From Pelomyxa schiedti (Eukaryota; Protista; Evosea): a stretch of 64,000 nt of DNA. Numbering within the stretch: position 1 is the stretch's first letter; each line of letters opens with the position of its first letter. The translations under genes and the position numbers were made by a program. Positions 50,601 through 61,458 of the stretch are shown here, piece by piece. The notes below the pieces were generated by a model, which was not told the origin of the DNA, did no database searches, and was given only the letters and a program-made list of their open reading frames with translations. Where the stretch lies: positions 1 to 64,000 of the forward strand of contig JAHLWZ010000041.1 in assembly GCA_020536535.1 (NCBI GenBank), read 5' to 3'.

Positions 50601-51651
50601 GCCCCGTCCGAATAGTGGAAGGTGGTGCATGATGCGCTGGAGGAGTGCCATGTTGTGGTGTCGGAGAACTATTTGAGGTATTACCTCCAACTTGGTTCGT
50701 TGCTTTGGCAATCTCATTGCCTTGATCCATAGGTGGTGTGCTAGGTGCAAGGGTATGTGGATCTGATTGCATTGTATTCAGAGATGCAACCGACGGCGTC
50801 AGTACTAAAGGCCCAGTGTCTTGCTTATTTGATTGATTCTGTTCTTGTTGGGAGAGTGGTTTAGAGGCTTCCTGAGGTGCCTCGGTTGGCACCTGCACTA
50901 CAGGAACCGGTTGGGAAGGGAGAACAGGATCAACTAATTCCTGTCCAGATTGTATTGGAAGAACAGAGTCATTTTTTTCACGTGCTACGGTTTCTGGCTG
51001 CACCTGTGCTGACTGCAACAAATCACGCGAAGGAGGTGTTGCATGCGCATGTGCTTGTTCTGCTGTTTGTTGTGACTGCGGAGAGATGGGTGAATGAGCG
51101 GTCCGGTGATCGCTATTCAATTGCAAATTCGGCTTTGCCCTGCAGATGGAGTCGAGGCTTCCAGGTCTACTTGTTGCACCAAGTGACATGGAATGTGACC
51201 GCTGAGCCCCGGAAGTTGTAGCAGAAGTACGCTGAGAAGGAGACCATGTGTGAGACGGCGTTGGATTTTGGGCCGGAGTTCCAGTGGGCGTTGCCTTATT
51301 AACAGCCTTAAGTGCAACATGTGGGATAGCATTAGAAGAAGGGGAATTCGGATTCGAATTCCCCGTGCCTGTACCGACGGTATTTGCGCCTGTGGATGTG
51401 CTAGTACCAGTTTTTCCAGTGTTTACGCCACCAGGAGTTTTCCTTAACTGAACGAAAATCTGCGGTTGTTCATCGGCGCTCTTGGCGGGAGGTTGTTGCG
51501 AGGATTGCGCGGTTCTATCGGCAACAGATTTGAGCTTTACGGCGCCGAAGGGTGAGGTAGTAATTTTGACATCGCCGCTGTTAGACGACGCACCAACAGT
51601 GGCCTTTACGCTTGTAGTCGAAGGTGTCGCAGATCCGGGGCTCTGTCGCAT
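47688..51651 (-). CDS. RhoGEF: long Pro/Ser-rich N-terminus + DH-PH + second DH-like domain
   Basis: EILSTEETY, LLITPVQRIPRYVLL, HPDHSLL (DH); RKFVKEG...LFSDIFV (PH); second DH-like PLRRISTYYLLAQ|EMMHY. Confidence 0.88.
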
Positions 51652-52041
51652 CTTGGGACACCGGTACCACGCCGCACTCGCAGGTGTCCGTTGGGGGGAA
51701 AAAATTTATTTACGGATCTTTCAGTTCCTCAAAAGGGGAGTAACACCGGAAGAAGCGAAACATCGCGTTTCTTGTAACGGAACAACGTAACTTTTAACTG
51801 GGAGAAACTGAGGGGGCATGCAAAAAACACCAGCCTGAGCGACGAGTCACTGCTGATTTATTCAGCCAGTTGGCAGCATGCGATGGGGGGCTATAACGCA
51901 TCCAAAAGGGCAGGCACAACAATGATCAACCCTGAGTCCACTAAAAAAATGTTGCTCAGTTCGTCGAAAAGACCCAATCGAGTTGATTATTTTATTCAGC
52001 CACTTACTTACATCTGATCATTTACACAAAACAAGAAAAAC

Positions 52042-52571
52042 ATGGGTATTGCTTTTGGAGGTGATAAACGCAGGATCGAGTATCCTTTCAACAAGAATTC
52101 GTCGATAGTACGCGGATCTGTCTCATCTTCCGACGGATCTTACGACAAAATCGTTTCCGTCGATCTTGATCGTGTCGCCAGCATATCGTCGTCACGAAAC
52201 CGGCGATTTAGAGTACCCTATATTTTGGGCACCGGTGTAATTTGCGGCAGCCTGGGTGTGTGTAGTTTTTTTCCCGACCTTTCTATGTAACCTTTTGGTA
52301 TTCAGCTTTTCCTGTGGCGAAAGCACTTACTGAATCGCGGCGCGAAGAGGATAGAACTGCTATTGGGCTAGGTTCTGCTGGAATTGCCGCTTTTCTTGGC
52401 TTTGGAATTGCTACAATATGTGGTGGCTATGTTGTGCGACATGATGTGGAGTTTGCGTGGGGAGGTGGAAATACTCTCACTATGTCAGAAGATACCTGGG
52501 CACTCAATAAGTCTCCAGAATCAATTGCTAGACTACACAAGTACATGGAAGAAAGACAACATTCCTCTTAA
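52042..52571 (+). CDS. Small two-TM hypothetical membrane protein (1 intron)
   Basis: ORFs 52042-52290 and 52314-52571 are joined in frame by an intron at about 52256-52306, giving two hydrophobic segments. Confidence 0.55.
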
Positions 52572-52639
52572 CACAAAAGCCTCATCTTTTCTTTTTCTAC
52601 AACTTGCTGGATAATATATTCACAACGCAAATACCCGCA

Positions 52640-53366
52640 CTATTGTTGGCGGCACTCAGGAAGGTCTCTAAGCCTCAACCCACGTTCTTTAGAGAAATCA
52701 GAAAATGCCTCAGGCCCGACACCAGCTTGTGTGAAGGCAACAATTTGAGCTGATCTTCCTTTCCATGTAGAGTGGCACACCTCAAAGTTCTCCCGAAAGA
52801 GTCCCACAAAATCTGGCATACTCAAAGTCTTGTCAAATATGCAACCTATTTTTTTTTGGTTTGCATGGTATGTTTGTGTTTGTGTTTGTGTTGACTCTTT
52901 CCTGTGGCACTCATGTTGTGATACACATACCATAACGAAACAGTAGCTGGCCATCATTAGCGTCCATTTCCCAATTACCAGCAAGCAAATTGTCATTCCA
53001 ATCATTGAGAACGCGTGCAACTAAATGTGGTGTATGTGATTTTCGGTTAGAGTGTGCATAGGAAATACTCAACAAAAACGGTAGAAGAAAGCTAAAGCAA
53101 CCTTCAGTGCGATTCCCCTCCTGCACGTTGCGTAGGGGCATGTGATGAATCATCATCATGGTGTCTGTCACATGCAAGACAACACGGTAGTCATGTGAAC
53201 TGCTGCTGATCTTATATGCCAAAGCACCACTCTACCAGAGAATAAATAAAACAAGAATTTTGGAAAATGCAAAAGTAACTGATGTTTCGCCGTTGGCAGT
53301 CCACCCATAATCACTTTTCAGTGTATCTCTGGCCACTTGTTGCCGTGATGCTAGCGCTCGTATCAT
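52640..53366 (-). CDS. YbjN-like (type III secretion chaperone-fold) protein
   Basis: RTE|VARVLNDWNDNLLAGNWEMDANDGQLLFRYG matches the remembered YbjN-family pattern NxxNxxxxxGxFEMDxxDGxIxFR. Three short introns. Confidence 0.65.
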
Positions 53367-53417
53367 TGCCAGCAGTTCGACGAAAGCAATTACTTTTAAA
53401 AAACCAAAAATCTAAAA

Positions 53418-53425
53418 TCACGTGA
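53418..53425. promoter_or_regulatory. TCACGTGA E-box in the divergent YbjN/kinase promoter
   Basis: Exact motif about 50 bp upstream of the predicted YbjN-like start codon. Confidence 0.35.
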
Positions 53426-53682
53426 CAAAGTTGTTATTTACAAAAAAAAAAGTTGGTGATGTCCGCTGTTACGAGGAAGGATCTGCCACCGTCCAAGATC
53501 CGCGATGCAGTGTTCGAAGTACTGAGGGATACGAGGATCATGTACACTGTAAAGAGTGACTCGACTTCAATGGCGTCGTTCACTTTCGATGTGCGGTTTT
53601 TTTTTTTTCCCTCCTCTTTGTTTTTTTGACACTATGATAGCAACTTTCTTGTGAAGTTTCGTTTCGGTACCCTCGTGAAAAG

Positions 53683-56621
53683 ATGGCGTTCTCTATGGAC
53701 ATTCGTGTACCTTTTCGGTTCCCTGGTCAGTTCATGCCAACACTGAAGGAGTGCATGAACAACCTCAATTTCTCTGAGGTATCAGTTGGTTGCTTCGTAG
53801 CTGACCCTGTAAGCTTTTTTTTTTTTTTGTCTTCAACTGGAAATAACACCACTTAGGATGATGCACATGTCTACTACAAAACGTATTTTCCACACCTTTT
53901 TTGTTGGCCTGTTACCTAATTTATAGAAAAGATCCGTGTTCTTGAGGGATGTATCTGAGCCAGCACTTGTTATCAAAAAGATAGTTAAAAAGGGTTTGGC
54001 CACATTTGCTGTTCGCCTGAGGCATATTGTATACTTGTTTAAGTAAGGCTTTGAAACAAAAAGTAACACTTACAGTACTTTTAAAGATTTGCTGAAGGCT
54101 TCTCTACTCCCAAGCACAAGCATCTCTTGTTACCTTTCATCCCCCCAAGGAATTCCAGTTGCACTTCATGCCGAACCTCATTAGAATCTTCCACATGCTT
54201 GTACTGTTCCGAGTGTACTTTTTACTTATGTGAAGTACTAGCTGCAACTTTTTTTACAAACTGTTCACCAAATACAGAAATGTAAAATTTCCAGCACCGA
54301 TTCACCAGTTTCCACACCCAGCAGTGACTCAAGAGGTACAGAACTAAGATTGTCCGATCCTCCCAGGGGTCTTACAGGGCCTAGTCCTGCTCCAGATCGT
54401 ATCACAACCTCTCTTCCAAAGATTGACTATAGAGAGCTGACATGCATGAAACCGATAGGACAGGGCACGTTTGGGGAGGTCTTTTTCCTTCTCTTTTCCA
54501 AAGTTGTAATGGTACCAGGTTTTTTCTGCCAAATTAAATGGATTAGATGTAGCGGTGAAAAGGCACACCCAAAACGATCCAGCCGGCCAGGCACAATTTT
54601 GGAAGGAAATTGAAATATTAACGTTAGTATTGTCCTTTTCCTTCGCAACTTACCAAAAAAAAAAAAAAGGCAAGTTCGGTCACCCAATATAATTCTTAGT
54701 ATGGGATACTGTGTTGAGCCGCCTTGTCTAATTTCTGAACTAATGGGTAGAATTGAAATCAAGCTGTCTTACATCTCACTTACCAAAGACTGTTCACTTT
54801 ATGATGTCATACACACTAAGCACATGGAGATTCCCAAAGAAAAACAACAAAAGATTGCTATTTCGGTGGCGAGTGGTCTAAGGTAATGGTAACTTTGGGT
54901 TACATCTATCTAACGAAAAAAAGTTCCCTCCATTCGCAGAAATTTGCACATCGTGACCTGAAGAGTCCCAATGTGCTGGTTTGTGCCATACCCCGCAAAA
55001 TAAATACTGAAACTTTAATTGACTAACGGTTTTTGGCAGGTAACGAATGACCTCTCTTCCATTAAACTATGTGATGTGGGGCTGTCAAAAGTTCTCCCCA
55101 CCTCTGGGACTGCTTCGCAATGTGGTTCACCGTAGGGCATCTCTGTATTGGCCTTTATTTCACCTTTGAAAAGATATTGGATGGCCCCAGAGGTTATATT
55201 ACACAAGCCATACAATCTCAAAATCGATATTTACAGGTGTGTAAACTCATTGTTCTTTTTTTTTTTTATTCATTCCCACAGTTTTGCAATTTTACTGTAC
55301 GAAGTTATTGAATGCAAGCTGCCAAGCTGCTCTGATTCCCCAAATCCCTTAATGTTTTTGGCAGAAGCTGCCAAGGGACAGAGACCCACAATGGTCAAGG
55401 CTACTGATTTTTGGCGTACACTTATCACAATGGTTGATAATCCTGTTTTCTCTTTTTCTTACAAATAGAAAGTGTTGGGCCCATGACCCAGAGAAAAGAC
55501 CTGACATTGCCAGTGTTCTGGCATACCTTGATCCGGCACCACCGCAACCTTCACCCCCCGCGGACAACATACCTCGCCAACCACCCAGTAATCCTTCAAT
55601 ATCTTCTTCCTCAAAAAAGCCTGTCTCAATAGGTCCCGAATCTCGCACATCTGTCGTGATTTCCCCTTTTTCTGTTCTTGTGGCAAAGCCTTTTGTGGCC
55701 CCAGACGACTCTTGCCTAAGTCTAGAGGCAGGAAACAGTGTTCTCATTACTGATATACATGATGCAGACTGGTGGCAAGGCTTTCTGGATAACCAAGAAG
55801 GCCGAGTTCCTGTATCTCATCTAAAAATCACCCAGGAGGTGAAGACACAAGCTGAGCAGTTAAAGCAACAATGTGACTTCGTACGGTACAAATCGCGACT
55901 TGCACAGAATTCAAAATCTGGTGCACCTGGTAGCCCCACAACCAGCTCTACACCACCCACTGTCCTCAGCGGTGGCTCTAGCCCATATGGAAAAGGGCCA
56001 AGTAAAATCAATGCCACTGAAAAGCCCAGTTTTACCCCTGATAAACCTGTCTTAGAGCCTGCCCAATTTCCCCCACCTCCAGTAACCCCAGCCTCTCCAG
56101 TTGTATCTCCACCTGCTTATACACCTGCGCAGATAGAGCACAATACACCGCCACGAGGACCGCCACAGCGCAGCCACGTGCAAACTCAAAACACAACACC
56201 ACCTGTTCATACACTTCCCACACCTCCCCCAATGGCCGGACCTCCTAGACCTCCAGCCCCTGCTACTTTTCATCGCTTGGATCAAGAATTCGTTGTGGCT
56301 TATGATTGGCAATCCAATATACGAGACGGCTTACCGCTGGTCAGAGGTCACATTGTAAAATGTCTGGAAACCAATGATCAAGGATGGTACCGTGGCATAG
56401 ACATGACAACTAACATTAAAGGAATATTCCCCGCTTCACATGTTGTGGCACGGCAAGCAAGGGTTCTATATGATCTCCCCATCGAGCGGCAACCTGGTGA
56501 TTTGCCTTTCACTGTTGGCGAGATCATTACAGTTTTAAGCACCACTGAACAATGGTGGCGGGGTTTGAACTCCAAAAATGAGGAGGGAATATTCCCACCA
56601 GAAATTGTACAACTTCTGTGA
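53683..56621 (+). CDS. TKL protein kinase with three C-terminal SH3 domains
   Basis: IGQGTFGE, VAVK, AHRDLKSPN, LCDVG, WMAPE, CWAHDPEKRP; SH3 motifs DWWQG...GRVP, GWYRG...GIFP and QWWRG...GIFP. Confidence 0.9.
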
Positions 56622-56852
56622 TGTCCACCTTAAGCTTTCCACGTCGTCAACAGAGGCAACTGATTTCCTTCCGTTTTTATATTCTCAAACATACACTAAG
56701 TCCCCATCCAACCACCAACAAACAAACCACCCAACAACCACCGAGTGTATTTTTCCTTTACCACCCCAAAAAACTAAAACACTTTTTTTTCCCGACATGC
56801 GTGAATCAACACATTCCATTCCCCGTTCATAATCCCTTTTTGCACATCAGTA

Positions 56853-58204
56853 ATGGCAGCTACAACAGAAACTACTAGCACGAGTGTCCAGCCCTCCAGC
56901 TGTGACAATGTGTGTGAGAACAACATCATGGACGTTGTGTTCGACATGGAGACATCTGACCCCGATGACTTTATAACTCTTTTGTTGTTGGGTTCGTTTC
57001 GTGTGAGAGTTGTGGGATGAGAAACGTGGGAGCGTTGGATACATAGAAATGTGATAATGAGCCCTTGCTGTGGATTGATAAACTGAATTCCACTGCACTT
57101 AGGGAGTCACCCAAGAGTGAATTTGAAGGCAGTTACTATCTCTCCCGGGTCTGTGGAACAAGTGCGGCTGGTGAAATTTGCTCTGCGAGAACTAGGTACA
57201 TTTCCACTTTTAGTTATCTCTTTTCTCTTGTGCTGGAAGATGACCTGTGTGTGCTTTAGGTCTTACTCACACAGTAATTGGGTCTTTCGACAGAAGCCCC
57301 AAACCGAAGGTTGTAAGCGGTTGGCATTATAAAGCTTTCGGTACACCAATTCCTACTGGAAATGATGACTCTCTCCCCGCTTGGCAAGTTCTTCTTGACT
57401 GTTGTGACATGAACACGACTCTAATAACTGGTTAGTACTACCAAGTGTTCTACGATACCAATAGAAACAATTAGGAGCACCTCTGAAAAACTTGGGACAA
57501 GCAATACAAAAGAGCAATTCCGGTAAACCTCTCACTATTGGGCGTTGGGTGTGTCAGGGTGGCTTTGCTGGAGAGGGTGTTGTTCCTCCAGACTTGCAGA
57601 TGAAGAAGTTTCGAGGTATCGTTGCATTTATGTGTCTTTCTTCTCAGAAAAACACCAAGGATTAAAAGTCTGTCCTACATTCAATTTCGGAGGTGCCCCA
57701 CAAGCAGCTTTGGCAGGAATTGCCTACCCCGGGATTACAAGAAAGCTCTTTGTGTCAAAGAATGTTTGCCATCGAGTAGTATATGACAATACTATGCACA
57801 ATGCTGTTAAAGCTGCTGTATTAGCCGCGCAAAGTGCTTCCTCCAATCCTCTGTCAAGTGATCGTATATCAAAGCAACTCCTGAACTCCCACTAAAAAAC
57901 TAAGGTTGCAAACGGCGCCTGCGGGGACTTCAATTGATTGAACAGGGAATGACTGAATACTTGAAAACACACCCTGGTAAAATGATGCACGACCCACTTG
58001 CTGCCACTGCGGCCTTGAACGAGAGTGTTATCACCTGGGCTGAAGTCGAATTCATGAGGCAGGAGTAACCCTCACGTTTTTTTTTAACAATCATTTCACA
58101 GAGAGAAAGGAGCTTGGGGAACTGTTCTAGCACCAGGTTCTGGCAAGTGGATTGCAATTGACTACAACCATGAGCTTTTTATCCAAACATTTACAGAGTT
58201 GTGA
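56853..58204 (+). CDS. Inosine-uridine-preferring nucleoside hydrolase-like protein (DMETSDPDD variant)
   Basis: VVFDMETSDPDDFITLLLL, LKAVTISPGS, GAPLKNLG, QGGFAGEG, TFNFGG, SKNVCH, MHDPLAA. Confidence 0.8.
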
Positions 58205-58265
58205 TTTCTAAATTTGTATCCAATGTTTGACCAACAAAAATAAATTCTACAATCCTCTTTTGTGT

Positions 58266-59715
58266 TTACAACAGGCCATGTTTAACGTCAACTGATTTAA
58301 CCTGGGAGAAGTCGACTTCATGGGAAACTACTGCTGACGTTGGTGGAGGTGCTGGAGGTGTGAAGGTTTTTGCGGGTGGTTCTGTAACAGGGTCAACTGG
58401 GGTGGTAGATGTTGGTGGTGTGAACTCAGTTTGAACAGTGGGTGAAGTCTTCTTCCTCCAAAACCCCCAGCCGGAGGATTTACGGGATGAAGGGGGTGAT
58501 GCTACAGGCAGGCCTGTCTGTGCCGAAGTGCGGGCGCGTGACTGGAAATTGAACTCCACATTGCCTCCTTGATACTCGTCCTCCTGTGCTGAGTCGGACT
58601 CTCCCAAAGGCTTGTTCATGTTCATTTTGCCGAAATCCACTTCTGAGTCGGAAACTTGGTAGGTAGTAGTTTTCTTTTCTACTGGCTTCATCTTCTGCAT
58701 TTTTTTGGGTTCTGGAAGAAGGCTGGCTTCTACACTTGGATCTTCTCGAGTAACAGGGCGACGGGGTGCTCGGAGCCACAATATATCACAAATTGCTACC
58801 AGAACCTTTATTTTGTGGTTTGTATGAAGAATTAGAATTATTGTAGGGTTTTGGATGTTAAAGTAACTAGGTTATTTTTGTAGAACCATACAAAAGTAAC
58901 AGCACAGGCCCCGTCCAGTAAGCACACCCACACTAAACTCCAGTAGGGCTGGCAATGTATAACTGGTGGTGTCCCTTGCCAGGACACACCTTCGAGGTTA
59001 TCTTTGTAACACCAGGCATCAGACTTTCCTACAGCTATCGAGTCGCGGAAGATAATATAAACAACCACACCCCCGCAAGCCAACAGCAAAAATGCAAACT
59101 TATCATCAAAATTAGAAAGTGGAAAAGGGAAAGTGATAGATGGCACACAATGTAGGCTAGTTTTCGGTAATCGAAGAAGACAAGGAAGAAAAGGGCACCT
59201 AGTATCAGTAAGCCTAGAAGTACCATTGATAGCCTCAAAGCACTGAAGTATGTGTTAGCGGAGAAATCTTTTCTTTTTCCGTGAGTACCTAAACTGTACA
59301 GCCCAAGCACAACCAAGTTCTTCTGAGCTGTTGTCTGCACATTGCATTGGAGGTAAGAGGCAATGATCAATTCCTGAGATGAAAAAAATGCCCACCGTAA
59401 CGGAAAAGAGACGGCGTGTGAGACTTGAATGGTTCTTCATCGCATGGATTCGTTGTCAAGTCGCCATTACCATTTAATATCTGTTTTCAGCATGTGTAAG
59501 TTAGTACAGTCTTGAAGTGAAATAGAGGTTCCCTACATTGCTAGTAGATGTGTACAAATGGTCACCGAGCTGTGTGCAGGACAATATAAGGATGGTGATA
59601 ACTGATGCCTGTGTGATGGGGAATCCAAAAGGAAAAAGCACTGGTATCCACGTACGATGCACAATAGGTTAACAACGAACATAACCAAGATCCGTGCCGG
59701 CCGGCCGCACTTCAT
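58266..59715 (-). CDS. Four-TM hypothetical membrane protein with low-complexity cytoplasmic tail
   Basis: Several hydrophobic exons with Cys-containing loops, followed by the hydrophilic ORF 58266-58781. Confidence 0.55.
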
Positions 59716-59954
59716 CGTTTTATTTTGTTTGTGTTTGTCTGTTGGTCTGTTTTTTTCGGGTTGACGATCCGGGGATTTAAGTTGTCTGATATCATCCATG
59801 CAGCCCCAAAAAATGTTTTTCGATCCACATTCGACGTCCAGGTCGTACTCTTGGACCCACGTTACAGCGGGATCTCGTCTTCACTACTTCTGAATTGACC
59901 TCTTGTGGGGAATCAGCAATTCCGAGATCTCAGAGTATTTTTTGGCTGTTTGAC

Positions 59955-61377
59955 ATGGTACCGGCGTATGGCTTTACACCAGAAACTTACCATTGCATTG
60001 ACAGCACGGAGTGAAACGTATTAAGACCACTGAAGAAAAGGAGCGTGAGCGTAAGGCGGAAAATGTGGCCAAAATTAAAGACTACACAACCATGTGCAGT
60101 GAAATGCTCATCCAGGTAAACTATTGCTTGCTTCTTATATATTTCTTGACTATCCCTCAAAAAAGAAAAAAACACAAAAACATGATGCAGACTCACTCAA
60201 ACTGAGTGAAAAAATCCTAATGACCAATCCTGATTTCTATGTTGCGTGGAATTTTAGAAGAGAGATATTCCTAACCTTACAAAAAACCGATATGTGTGTG
60301 TTTCTAATTGTACTATAGGAACTAATTTTGTGTAGTCCTCTCTTTGAGGAGCAGATAAAAAGAGAGCTCGTAGTCACTGAGAAATGTATCGCGGCACACA
60401 GCAAGAGTTACTGGGTTTGGCTCCATCGTAAATGGCTGTCTACAGTACTACCTGACATGGATTGGGCACGAGAGCTGGCATTATGTGAAAAACTACTATC
60501 CCGTGATGCCAGAAACTGTAAGCAATGAATAATACGTTGGTTCTTCTACCATCCCACAGTTCACTGCTGGAATTATAGGCGCTATGTCAGTAAGTGTGCT
60601 GGCAAAGTTTTCGCGGATGACCTTGCCTTTACACTCACCAAAATCAACGACAATTTCTCTAATTATTCCGCCTGGCATCAACGCAGCTTTTTGCTTCCAC
60701 TCGTATACACTGACCCTGCAACACTTATATTAGCAATGCTTAAAGGTATGCCTTGTAAATGTGCCATTCACTTTCATACACCAAATAATAGAATTGGACC
60801 TTGTGCGCTCTGCGCTTTATACAGAACCCTCAGATCAGTCCGGGTGGATTTACCTTCGATGGTTAGTGGGAACTTCATGTATGTCGCAGACCCCCTTGTC
60901 ACACTTAACAGCTACACAGTACAACATATAGAAAAATTTGAAAGTACTACTTCCGGAAGTGAACGTGGTGTGCCTCTTACGCCACATTGAAACAACACTT
61001 AACATTTTGGATTTTGAAAGGTGCCATACCTAGATCCATTGATCTTATTACATCAGAAATTGGGCAGTGTATGCAACTAAGGGAAATTGAACTCGGGAGC
61101 AAATGTATCAATAGGCCTATTAATTAATCTTCTAATGTCTTTAGGGGTAATACTCACCTGTGTGTATCTAAACACTCTTCTGGTTCAGTGCATGACTCCA
61201 CCCAAGCCCGCATCGCCATCAAGTGCTGATGCAGCACCACAACCTACGACAACCGACCCCAGGAAAGCCGAAACCTTGCAATCCATCACCAGTGACTTGA
61301 AGGAGCTGGTCACCATTGATCCCTGCCACTCACATTACTACACCTACCTCCTTCACCACTCAGACCTCAATCCCTAA
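59955..61377 (+). CDS. RABGGTA: Rab geranylgeranyltransferase (GGTase II) alpha subunit
   Basis: M|HGVKR start; PPTA repeats [29 protein letters not shown]|[34 protein letters not shown]. Confidence 0.92.
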
Positions 61378-61458
61378 AAAAAATTGTACCTCCCACACAG
61401 TCTTCAACAAAAACTTACTGTGGCACAACAAGTCACAGGTGTTTTGTCTTTACCTTAC

